Origin: Planctomycetota bacterium
Lineage (GTDB): Bacteria; Planctomycetota; UBA1135
Length of the DNA: 18,316 bases
Reading direction: 5' to 3'
Assembly (NCBI GenBank): GCA_045047305.1
Contig: JASFYO010000091.1
Coordinates: forward strand, 1-18,316
Notes under the pieces: generated by a model
Databases searched by the model: none
Seen by the model: only the letters and a program-made list of their open reading frames with translations
What the model was told of the DNA's origin: nothing
In this document: positions 1 through 7,930 of the stretch, one piece after another
Position numbering within the stretch: the stretch's first letter is position 1
How the letters are laid out: each line of letters starts with the position of its first letter
Position numbers and translations under genes: made by a program

Positions 1-28
1 CTGTGATGTAGAACCGCTTGCGGTTTTC

Positions 29-67
29 AAAAAGCCCCCGGCAGTCTTCGACTGCTGGGGGCTTTTT
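29..67 (+). terminator. Rho-independent terminator, probably bidirectional
   Basis: AAAAAGCCCCCGGCAGTC-TTC-GACTGCTGGGGGCTTTTT: GC-rich stem with one G-U pair on the + strand, T-run on the 3' side and A-run on the 5' side. Confidence 0.88.
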
Positions 68-87
68 CATGCGTGATGAGGGGTTGC

Positions 88-402
88 TCATTCATGATTC
101 TCCCCTGCATCAACTGGAACCGCATCAGCTTCCAAACGGGTAAGTTGCCCTGCAGGGAAATCGATTCCATCGGGTCCGCCAAAAGTGAAGCTGTCCACTT
201 TGAAGGCATAGTGGCCGGCGGGAACGCGGAAGGCAGCTATGCCACCAGATTGTGGGATGTTCATCTGAGGTTGCAGGTCTAACCAATCGGTATCGCGCCT
301 AGGCGGCTGATGTTGTTTCATATCAAGAAGGACACCGCCAAACGCACGGCGCTCCACAAATCTACCCGAACCTAATAAATCGAGTATTTGCCGAGTCGTC
401 AT
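88..402 (-). CDS. Hypothetical protein (~104 aa) or gene remnant
   Basis: Part of ORF 88..495 from ATG at 402, which avoids overlap with nhaA. It fills the gap, ends 20 nt from the terminator and has a protein-like beta-rich C-terminus (AAFRVPAGHYAFKVDSFTF). No family recognised and no RBS seen. Confidence 0.35.
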   Translation of the reverse strand: MTTRQILDLLGSGRFVERRAFGGVLLDMKQHQPPRRDTDWLDLQPQMNIPQSGGIAAFRVPAGHYAFKVDSFTFGGPDGIDFPAGQLTRLEADAVPVDAGENHE

Positions 403-438
403 CCATAGAGGGACGGCAACAGGTACCTTATTCGCACG

Positions 439-1641
439 GTGTTGATTCCCCCTCCTGCTGACCCGCAGTCCTCGCTGGCCCGCTTTCTTCGTCAAGAATC
501 GGCTGCTGGGATTATTCTTGTATGCGCTGCGGTACTCGCGCTGATTCTGGCAAATTCACCGTTACGCGTCTTCTATGAAATGCTGATTGACACCCCAGTG
601 CAGGTGCGCGTTGGCGAAATGGACCTTGCCAAGCCACTACTGCTGTGGGTGAACGATGGGCTTATGGCTCTCTTCTTTTTGTTAGTTGGCCTAGAACTCA
701 AGCGCGAATACCTGGAAGGCGAACTCTCTAAACCGAAGAATATTGTGCTTCCTGCGCTTGGCGCGGTCGGAGGCATGGTGGTCCCTGCCTTGATTTACTT
801 ATGGTTTAACTTCAACGATCCAGCAGGGATTCAAGGATGGGCCATTCCGGCAGCAACCGACATCGCGTTTGCGCTTGGCATCCTGTCTTTACTTGGGTCG
901 CGGGTTCCAACGAGCCTGAAAGTCTTCCTCACTTCCTTGGCCATTTTCGACGACCTCGGCGCCATCCTCATCATCGCTTTCTTTTTCACCAGCAAGATTT
1001 CAATGACCGCATTGATTGTGGCGAGCAGCTGTTTATTGGTTCTCTTCGTCTTGAATCGACGTGGCGTCATGGATAAAAGCCCTTATCTCATGATAGGACT
1101 AGTCATGTGGGTCGCACTCTTAAAGTCTGGAGTGCATGCAACCCTAGCGGGAGTCCTGCTGGCCATGTTCATCCCGATGCGCGACTCTCAGCGCCCAACG
1201 GTGTCCCCACTAAAGGATTTGGAGAAGGATTTGCACACGGCAGTGGCCTTCGTCATCCTCCCCTTCTTCGCCTTCTGCAACGCTGGCATTAATTTCAGCG
1301 GGGTTGGATCGGAACAATTTCTACACGGCGTCACTCTAGGTGCAGGCTTTGGTTTGTTCCTCGGAAAACAGGCCGGCATCATGCTTCTGTGCTGGTTTGG
1401 TATTCGCTTCCGAGTTGCCACACTCCCGGACGGTGCCAGCTGGATGTCTCTTTATGGGACTGCGGTGCTTTGCGGAGTTGGATTTACCATGAGTCTCTTT
1501 ATTGGCTCCTTGGCGTTCGAAGAAACAGGCGCAAATTTGATTGTGGATGAACGTATCGGGATTCTCCTCGGCTCCTTCTCATCGGGACTTCTTGGATACC
1601 TTCTCCTGCGGCGCTCCCTACCAAAGACAGAGCTGGCTTAG
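439..1641 (+). CDS. nhaA: Na+/H+ antiporter NhaA
   Basis: 400 aa, highly hydrophobic. Motifs WVNDGLMALFFLLVGLELKRE, GWAIPAATDIAFALG, LAIFDDLGAI (Asp-Asp pair), SGVHAT, GKQ, LCGVGFTMSLFI. GTG start (TTG at 442 is an alternative). Confidence 0.97.
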   Translation: MLIPPPADPQSSLARFLRQESAAGIILVCAAVLALILANSPLRVFYEMLIDTPVQVRVGEMDLAKPLLLWVNDGLMALFFLLVGLELKREYLEGELSKPKNIVLPALGAVGGMVVPALIYLWFNFNDPAGIQGWAIPAATDIAFALGILSLLGSRVPTSLKVFLTSLAIFDDLGAILIIAFFFTSKISMTALIVASSCLLVLFVLNRRGVMDKSPYLMIGLVMWVALLKSGVHATLAGVLLAMFIPMRDSQRPTVSPLKDLEKDLHTAVAFVILPFFAFCNAGINFSGVGSEQFLHGVTLGAGFGLFLGKQAGIMLLCWFGIRFRVATLPDGASWMSLYGTAVLCGVGFTMSLFIGSLAFEETGANLIVDERIGILLGSFSSGLLGYLLLRRSLPKTELA

Positions 1642-1670
1642 CACAAACCTGCATCGTCGGGGCCGCATCG

Positions 1671-1676
1671 TATACT
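1671..1676 (+). promoter_or_regulatory. Putative -10 element (TATACT), leaderless start
   Basis: TATACT, 6 nt, then ATG at 1683; no Shine-Dalgarno in between. Confidence 0.6.
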
Positions 1677-1682
1677 TCCACC

Positions 1683-2009
1683 ATGAGCACTCTCATCGTC
1701 ATCAAGCGCAATCAACTCGGCGAAGGCGACCCCGCCCTCGGACAAGCCGTACTTGGCACATTCTTACGCAAGGCCATTGCTGTGGACAACCTCAGTACCA
1801 TTGTGTTCTTCAATTCCGGCGTGAATCTGGTATGCGCGGATTCACCAGTTCTTGCAGAGCTCACCATGTTAGAGGAACGCGGCGTAGACATACTGCCCTG
1901 CGGCACCTGTGCAAAGCATTACGGTGTAGAACCAGCTGTCGGAAAGATTTCCAATATGGATGACATCATCCACGAGATCAATCAGGCAACCAAAATCATT
2001 GACTTGTAA
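1683..2009 (+). CDS. DsrE-family protein resembling the C-terminal domain of sulfurtransferase-like selenium-metabolism protein YedF
   Basis: 108 aa with LGEGDPALG, FFNSGVNL, GVDILPCGTC and VGKISNM, the pattern of the YedF-type DsrE domain. Confidence 0.85.
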   Translation: MSTLIVIKRNQLGEGDPALGQAVLGTFLRKAIAVDNLSTIVFFNSGVNLVCADSPVLAELTMLEERGVDILPCGTCAKHYGVEPAVGKISNMDDIIHEINQATKIIDL

Positions 2010-2066
2010 AGCCCGTGCGGAGCTTGAACCTCTAGTGTTCTTCGTGCGTCACGGGATTAGGGCTTT
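2008..2066. terminator. Possible weak hairpin between convergent genes
   Basis: AAAGCCC (2008-2014) pairs with GGGCTTT (2060-2066), and CCCGTG (2012-2017) with CACGGG (2050-2055). The interior is long and imperfect. Confidence 0.25.
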
Positions 2067-2071
2067 CTCAA

Positions 2072-3211
2072 TTATGCAGACAAGTCCACGATCTCGTGAC
2101 GCAAGGTAACTCCCCGCGCGGCAAGGTGTTCTTGCACCCGCGCAAAAACCGAAGCATTGCGACCGACCACCTCTCCGGGAGCTAACCCTGGAGTACTCCA
2201 CGCCGCGTCCAAAATGCACTCCACCATCGCGGTGCAGGTATATCCAGTGGTGCGCGACATCGAGGAAATCCCGGTTTCAGGGTCGTATTCGTCGTACAAA
2301 TCCCAAACGTGACGGACCGATTTACTGCCTTCCTTGCCCTCTACGGTGACCCGCATCACAGTGAACTCTTCCTCTCCGGGATTTAGTTTCCACTGATCGA
2401 ACAAAATGGCCGAAGTCACCTCACGTGGTATCACGGTCTTGCCATCTACCGTAATTGCTTCATCCGATAAAAAACCGCTCTCGCGCAGAGCTAATGCCAA
2501 ATCCCGATGTCCGGGGAAGCGCAGTGTCTTTTCCACCATATCCGGCACATGGCTCATGGTTTGAATCAAGGAACGCAAGCCATCCGTATTAAAGGCCTCC
2601 AAGGTTCCGATGCCTTCAAAATTCACATATTCCGGTTCCGACAATGCCGGCATGACGACTTCTCTGCCGTGCTCCACCATCCGCGCCGGGCGCAAGTACT
2701 CCTCCACCACATCCATGGGAGAAAACGGAGCTTTGTATTGCCAAGGGAAAGTGCGCTGCTTAGGTAGGCCACCCACCAAGCACTCAAAGCGCAACACTTG
2801 CATTTGCGCATCGTGATAGCCAAAAATCAAATTATCCAAGCCTGGGGCAACGCCGATATCAGTGACCACCACCACACCTTTCTCTTCGGCGAGGGCGCGC
2901 AGTTCCAGCGCATCCTCTGGAAAAAAGCTGATATCGGCAACGTCTTTTCCCGCCTCAATCAAAGTGCGCAAAGCAGCGAAGCCAAGAAACCCTGGCACCG
3001 CGCTCACGACTAAATCCATGCCCGCAACTGCTGCGGTGACAGCACCGTGGTCGGAAACATCGAGGACTTGCGTTTGCAGATTATCTACTCCAGCAAAGCG
3101 CTGCAGCACTGCGGCATCGCGATCGGTTGCCGTAACTTCATGACGCGAAGCCAAATCAAGGCTTATCGCACTGCCGACCATGCCGGACCCAAGGACTAAA
3201 ATCTTTGCCAT
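2072..3211 (-). CDS. Saccharopine dehydrogenase / L-lysine 6-dehydrogenase family oxidoreductase
   Basis: Rossmann motif ILVLGSGMVG; AVPGFLG, DISF, DIGVAPGLDNL, LEAFNTDGLRSL, EKTLRFPGH, SSMSRTTGYT. Confidence 0.92.
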   Translation of the reverse strand: MAKILVLGSGMVGSAISLDLASRHEVTATDRDAAVLQRFAGVDNLQTQVLDVSDHGAVTAAVAGMDLVVSAVPGFLGFAALRTLIEAGKDVADISFFPEDALELRALAEEKGVVVVTDIGVAPGLDNLIFGYHDAQMQVLRFECLVGGLPKQRTFPWQYKAPFSPMDVVEEYLRPARMVEHGREVVMPALSEPEYVNFEGIGTLEAFNTDGLRSLIQTMSHVPDMVEKTLRFPGHRDLALALRESGFLSDEAITVDGKTVIPREVTSAILFDQWKLNPGEEEFTVMRVTVEGKEGSKSVRHVWDLYDEYDPETGISSMSRTTGYTCTAMVECILDAAWSTPGLAPGEVVGRNASVFARVQEHLAARGVTLRHEIVDLSA

Positions 3212-3219
3212 CGACAGCT

Positions 3220-3225
3220 ATTCTA
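3220..3225 (-). promoter_or_regulatory. Putative -10 element (TAGAAT) overlapping the upstream TAG stop
   Basis: Minus strand: TAGAAT-agctgtcg-ATG(3211). Confidence 0.5.
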
Positions 3226-4389
3226 CTGCCACACCAACTTTATGAAACGCGGGCGGTAGATATCCGCGTAGGTGAAGTGGTCCCAAAAGTTGAAGGTGTT
3301 CACATTCCAACTAATCAGCAACTCGCCGGGCTCTGAAAGATGGGGATGCGCTTTGGCGTTGTAGGTGAAGATATCGTCCAATCCTGGCGGTGGGACAATA
3401 TGCCATAAGACTTCCGCTGGGCCGAAAGGTCCCCAGGGGTGGTCAGCGAGTTTCATCGCAACTTGATTCGACAGGGTATCGAGCGAGAAAATGAGCGCGT
3501 ATTGACCATGCGGAGTTGGGGTCACCGATAACTCATTGGAAATGCGTCCAGTCACCGTGCGGACTTGGCGGATGTCGCGCACCCAATTGGCGCCATCCCA
3601 ATAGCGCCATGCCGCAAAATCTGTGAAGTCTTGCGCTTGCACTCTGGCCACCACCAACTTCTTGACCAAGGGATCTTCTTGCGAACCATAGATATAGACA
3701 AAGCCATCTGGGTTGGGCGCTCCAGCCGCAGCCGTATTGGGAAAGATGCCGGCACCAAAAAAGATACCACCACGTCCACCCTGGACAGGCGGAAGCCCAA
3801 CTGGAGCATCGACTTGAGTGATGGATGAGGACACGAAAGGCCCTGTCGTCGGCATGCTGATAAGGGCCATACCACCACGTTCGAATCCGAAGGCTCCACC
3901 ACCACCGGGGAGAGTGTGCATACGTTGCGCCAAGACGTGAAGTTGATTGCCAATCACTACGCCATCGGCGAACCAATACCAATCACCTGCTTGCGATTGC
4001 GGCGTATTCGGAACCACCATCGCGGCAGGCGTCGCACCGCTCTGATCCCAAAAGTACTTCGCGCCAGAACTGAAAGATCCCTGTTGCAAAAACCCAAGAG
4101 TGTTATTCACCAAAGAGGCTTGGCTGCGCGACTTATCCGGGTTGACATTGCCAATAAAAGTATCACTGAATACAAAAATTGTATCCGTGCGGTTTACGCC
4201 CCCGGGCCGCTCATTCCCATCAACCGGAAAAGAAAAAATGCCATCGGCGCCGGTCCAGCCGCTAGTCGTATCAAAAAAGCTGGTCCACTCTAGTGCCTCC
4301 TCCACCGTGTAAGTTTGTGCCACGCAAGAGGTGGCGCAAACAAAAATACTCGCGGCAAAGCTAAGGGCGAAAACGAGAGGCAAGCGCAT
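3223..4389 (-). CDS. Secreted DUF4185/DUF5005-like protein (probable beta-propeller, possible glycoside hydrolase)
   Basis: N-terminal signal peptide; WTGADG, FVFSDTFIG, DGFVYIYG, WRYWDG, PWGPF, YNAKAHP, LLISWNVN and C-terminal YRPRF. Confidence 0.8.
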   Translation of the reverse strand: MRLPLVFALSFAASIFVCATSCVAQTYTVEEALEWTSFFDTTSGWTGADGIFSFPVDGNERPGGVNRTDTIFVFSDTFIGNVNPDKSRSQASLVNNTLGFLQQGSFSSGAKYFWDQSGATPAAMVVPNTPQSQAGDWYWFADGVVIGNQLHVLAQRMHTLPGGGGAFGFERGGMALISMPTTGPFVSSSITQVDAPVGLPPVQGGRGGIFFGAGIFPNTAAAGAPNPDGFVYIYGSQEDPLVKKLVVARVQAQDFTDFAAWRYWDGANWVRDIRQVRTVTGRISNELSVTPTPHGQYALIFSLDTLSNQVAMKLADHPWGPFGPAEVLWHIVPPPGLDDIFTYNAKAHPHLSEPGELLISWNVNTFNFWDHFTYADIYRPRFIKLVWQ

Positions 4390-4395
4390 CCTACG

Positions 4396-4401
4396 AGTCT
4401 A
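4396..4401 (-). promoter_or_regulatory. Putative -10 element (TAGACT), leaderless start
   Basis: Minus strand: TAGACT-cgtagg-ATG(4389). Confidence 0.5.
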
Positions 4402-4403
4402 AC

Positions 4404-5624
4404 TCAAGATTGCACTTTGCCCCCGACCACGATGTGCGACACGGGGTTCTCGCCGAATACATAACCAAAATGGAACAAATCAGGAAGGTCGAGAACTAGC
4501 AAGTCAGCGTCGGCGCCTAAGCCTAAATGCCCTTTATCGGCCTCTACGCCCAAGCTGCGCGCAGCTCCAAGGGTCATGCCAAAAAGAGCTTCCTCAGCAG
4601 TGAAATTGAGGTGAATCCGAGCGAAATGTGCGACTTCTGGCAGACTCGGTGTGTAACTAGACCCAGGGTTAAAGTCAGTGGCGAGGAAGTAAGGCACCCC
4701 AGCTTGCAACAGCTTGCGCCCGGGAGCATCTACCTTTTGGCGCAAAAAGTGTGGCACGGTTGGGAGTAAACCGGCGAAAGTTTTCCCGCTCATTGCCATG
4801 GCCTCTAAGCCGGCGTCACTGAGTGCTTCCAGGTGGTCGACGCATTCCGCCTCCATTTCTACCGCAAGTTGGGTGCCGCCGATTTCATGGAATTGGTCGG
4901 CATGAATGCGCAACGCAAAGCCAAGCTCCTTGGCGGTTTCGCAATAACGGCGAGCTTGCTTTGCGTCGAAGGCACCTTGCTCAATGAAAATATCGGCTGC
5001 GCGCGCAATGCCTTGCTCTTTGACCGCTGGCAGCATTTCCTTACACAACAAATCGAGGTAGACCTCGGGGTTCTCGCGATGCTCTTCTGGAAACATGTGC
5101 GCGCCGAGAAAAGTGGCGTACAGCGGCATGCCTTCTGCATCTGCGGCATCTTGCATCACTCGCAGCGATTTCAATTCAGCTTCGGTGGACAAACCATAGC
5201 CCGATTTCCCTTCACAGGCCGTGGTGCCATGACGACGCATACGGCGAAAATGAGAACGTACGGTTTCGACCAACTGCTCTTCGTCGGCAGCGCGGACGTG
5301 GCGTACGCTCGACAAAATGCCTCCACCACGTTTGGCAATTTCCAAATACTCCGCCCCTTGGGCACGCCAATCAAATTCTTCTGCGCGTCCAACAGCAAAA
5401 ACAGGGTGAACGTGGGCATCGATGAGTCCTGGAATCACCAGTCCACCTTGGGCATCGAGTTCAACGGCGGGCTTGAACTTTGAGCGCAAATCGGCCTCCT
5501 GCCCCACTGCAACCACCTTGCCAGCATCGATGACCACGCAATCAGAATGGGTGGAAAGGACATCGTCCCAAGTGATCACGCTGTTTGCGCGCACCACCAT
5601 CAACTGGCAAGGAAGGAGACTCAT
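4404..5624 (-). CDS. hutI: Imidazolonepropionase (amidohydrolase)
   Basis: PGLIDAHVH, RAEEF..R..GAEYLEIA..GGGILSSV, GTT..EGKSGYGL, TFLGAH, IHADQF, DHLE, ATDFNPGSS. Confidence 0.93.
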   Translation of the reverse strand: MSLLPCQLMVVRANSVITWDDVLSTHSDCVVIDAGKVVAVGQEADLRSKFKPAVELDAQGGLVIPGLIDAHVHPVFAVGRAEEFDWRAQGAEYLEIAKRGGGILSSVRHVRAADEEQLVETVRSHFRRMRRHGTTACEGKSGYGLSTEAELKSLRVMQDAADAEGMPLYATFLGAHMFPEEHRENPEVYLDLLCKEMLPAVKEQGIARAADIFIEQGAFDAKQARRYCETAKELGFALRIHADQFHEIGGTQLAVEMEAECVDHLEALSDAGLEAMAMSGKTFAGLLPTVPHFLRQKVDAPGRKLLQAGVPYFLATDFNPGSSYTPSLPEVAHFARIHLNFTAEEALFGMTLGAARSLGVEADKGHLGLGADADLLVLDLPDLFHFGYVFGENPVSHIVVGGKVQS

Positions 5625-5631
5625 GTCGGGG

Positions 5632-5637
5632 ATTCTA
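5632..5637 (-). promoter_or_regulatory. Putative -10 element (TAGAAT) overlapping the upstream TAG stop
   Basis: Minus strand: TAGAAT-ccccgac-ATG(5624). Confidence 0.55.
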
Positions 5638-7830
5638 GCGTTTACGGAGGACTTCTAGCTGCAGCAGGCTCAAGCCATCTAGCTCAAAGTGCTCCACGCG
5701 AAGGTTCACGGCTTTACGCTTTTCAAGCTCTAAAACACCTTCATTCCACGTCGGCCCATGCATGGTCCAGTTATCGATGAGCAAGACGTCGTCTGCCCAA
5801 ACCCGAACGCCATCATCGCTGCGCACGCGGAAGGTCCAATTGCCAGCCGGCATGACGATTCTTCCAGTTGCGATGGTGCCGAAATGGTCCACCACATCCA
5901 AAGGTTTCATTGCAGAATTACCGGCGACCTTATCGGGGCCTTCGAATTGATAATCCAAAAACAGGTTGCTCGTTTTCCAAACCGAGGCATCGTCACTCTC
6001 CCCAGCAGCGCGCCAAGTATCCACATCCTCACGTGGATCAACCGGCGATACAAAGTTGCGGACTTCCCAAGTGGTGGCCAAAAAGCTGCCCTCCGAGACG
6101 AAGGACTTTCTGTTTACCCTCGCGGTTAGTAAGTAATACTGCATGTTGCGGCCACCGAAAACACGGTAGAGCTTGCCGAAGGAAGACTCGCCTTTCACCG
6201 GGCGAATGGAAACCGTGCGCCCGCCGTCCACAAAACGCAAGGCCACCTCGGCGTCCTCAGGCAACATGCGGTAAATATGTTCAGCTCCACTTTTCGAGAT
6301 CAATTGCCACAACGAAGACTTTTGATCCCATGGGCCCCATTCCGTCATAACGATGTGTTCCCGCCCCATGTACTGCACCTCTGGCGCCTCCACAAATTGC
6401 GTAATCTTAATCGGAGAAATCTTCTCACCGCTAATTTTCCATTGCGCACCATCCTCCAAGGAGACTGCGTCTTCCGCTTTGACCTGATCTAAATAAGGGC
6501 CGAGAAAACGATTCTCTGCATGCTCGGCAACCACATCCCCCCTTAGTTGAATCGCTAAGCCTTCACCCTGGAAACTATTATCTAAAATGAGGTTTCCTGT
6601 GGCAGAAAGATCGTTTGCTTGGCCCCAGGGGGTGTTGGCAAAAGGAGATTCAAGGCTCCATAAGTGCACTCCGCAGGCATTCTCCCAAAACTCATTGGCC
6701 TGAATCTTGTTATTACGGCTGTGGTCAATATTAATTCCACCGCGCTCAAGCCCAACTCCCTGATCCCCGTTGTTGCGGAATGTGTTGAGGTGGATGGTAG
6801 TTTCCTGCGAATACCCTGCCCAGATTCCACAGATGGCATTCCCGGAAAAGCTATTGCCTTGAATTAAATTGCGAAAACCAAAAGTAAGCTCCAAGCCATG
6901 TGCCGCCGAATCGTGCAAGACATTACCCAGAAACTGGTTGTCGTTATTCCCTCTTCCTGCATAATCAAAATCCGCATCTGGCGGTGGGATTTCGCCGAGC
7001 GCTTGCTTGCCCGAGAAAGAAAAGATGCCATCACCGCAGTGCGATGCCGAATTTGCAATGATGCGATTGCGTGAGCATTGCTCAAACATAAGAATACCTG
7101 CGGAGTCTTGGCCACGGTTATAAACGCCATGACTGTAACCACGCACGCAAAAATCAAAACGGTTCTGCTCGATTAAGTTATCGCTACTTCTCCACATGGC
7201 AAGGCCCCATCCAGAAAGGAAGGAGCAATCATTGTCTCTCAACTCAGCATGAGTGACGCGGTCCAAAATAATCCCGTTTTGCTGCTCCCGTACCAGCACT
7301 TGGCTCACCTTCACGCCATCGCTTTGTTCAATGCACAAACCCGCACCATAATTTTTACGCCACTCTTGTGCATCGTTTTCATGAGGCCGCAGCCAATCCG
7401 CCACGCTCTCTTCCTGCAAAGTCGACTGCAATTTCTGGCGAAAGTTACGCTTGAAGTCTGCGCCTTCGACACGGAGTCCATCGGCCTTGGTCGCCAACAT
7501 GCCGCAGCGATAGCCGCGAGTCACCAGGTTACGCACCACCACATTCTTTGCCCCCAGCACTCGCAAACCAATCCCTTCCAGGGCGTTTCCATCGACTCCT
7601 AGTGGCGCACCATTTAAAATTGAGCCCTGTTCAAAGGTAACCTCCACCCCATCGGTGAGAATGTGAATCACACCGTTGCCGTCGACATCAGGAATGACTT
7701 TTCCCATGGGAATGACCACCAAGCAGGACTCCGTGATCTCGGTGTTGTCCTGAGTCACTTTGACCACAGGGAGATCCTTCTGCGGGGCAGGGAAAGCTGT
7801 CAGGGCTAGGGAAAGCAAGGGAAACAACAT
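5635..7830 (-). CDS. Secreted right-handed parallel beta-helix (NosD/pectin-lyase-like) protein with C-terminal PA14 domain
   Basis: Signal peptide MLFPLLSLALTAFPAPQ; many PbH1-like repeats (SSDNLIEQNRF, CSRNRIIANS, FRNLIQGNSFSGN, SRNNKIQANEFWEN); PA14 signature DHF..ATG.....GNWTFRVRSDDGVRVWADD.LLIDNW..H...LRVEHFE. Confidence 0.88.
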   Translation of the reverse strand: MLFPLLSLALTAFPAPQKDLPVVKVTQDNTEITESCLVVIPMGKVIPDVDGNGVIHILTDGVEVTFEQGSILNGAPLGVDGNALEGIGLRVLGAKNVVVRNLVTRGYRCGMLATKADGLRVEGADFKRNFRQKLQSTLQEESVADWLRPHENDAQEWRKNYGAGLCIEQSDGVKVSQVLVREQQNGIILDRVTHAELRDNDCSFLSGWGLAMWRSSDNLIEQNRFDFCVRGYSHGVYNRGQDSAGILMFEQCSRNRIIANSASHCGDGIFSFSGKQALGEIPPPDADFDYAGRGNNDNQFLGNVLHDSAAHGLELTFGFRNLIQGNSFSGNAICGIWAGYSQETTIHLNTFRNNGDQGVGLERGGINIDHSRNNKIQANEFWENACGVHLWSLESPFANTPWGQANDLSATGNLILDNSFQGEGLAIQLRGDVVAEHAENRFLGPYLDQVKAEDAVSLEDGAQWKISGEKISPIKITQFVEAPEVQYMGREHIVMTEWGPWDQKSSLWQLISKSGAEHIYRMLPEDAEVALRFVDGGRTVSIRPVKGESSFGKLYRVFGGRNMQYYLLTARVNRKSFVSEGSFLATTWEVRNFVSPVDPREDVDTWRAAGESDDASVWKTSNLFLDYQFEGPDKVAGNSAMKPLDVVDHFGTIATGRIVMPAGNWTFRVRSDDGVRVWADDVLLIDNWTMHGPTWNEGVLELEKRKAVNLRVEHFELDGLSLLQLEVLRKR

Positions 7831-7836
7831 GCCTAG

Positions 7837-7842
7837 AGCATA
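7837..7842 (-). promoter_or_regulatory. Putative -10 element (TATGCT), leaderless start
   Basis: Minus strand: TATGCT-ctaggc-ATG(7830), in a divergent intergenic region. Confidence 0.55.
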
Positions 7843-7889
7843 CCTGAGGCTAGCTGGTGTTGAGAATGCCCAAACAATTCACTTTCTGG

Positions 7890-7899
7890 GCTGTATCAT
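7890..7899 (+). promoter_or_regulatory. Putative promoter -10 (GCTG-TATCAT) for the CNNM-recO-bamD-lptE operon
   Basis: TATCAT about 30 nt before the probable TTG start; the identical decamer occurs upstream of ftsH. Confidence 0.45.
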
Positions 7900-7930
7900 T
7901 AGGTTGAGTCGCACCCTGCGGCGAAATACC

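Noticed and set aside
7859..7872. 14-bp inverted match (TGGGCATTCTCAAC) to folP near 18094-18107
   Set aside because: A match of this length is expected by chance in an 18-kb self-comparison, and the contexts are unrelated.
7760..7930. N-terminal extension of the 508-aa ORF as given in the track
   Set aside because: Overlaps the start of the divergent beta-helix gene and its promoter; the true start is more likely TTG 7931. ORF-track extensions of bamD (9990), pstS (14830) and the CopD-like gene (15386) were trimmed on similar grounds.
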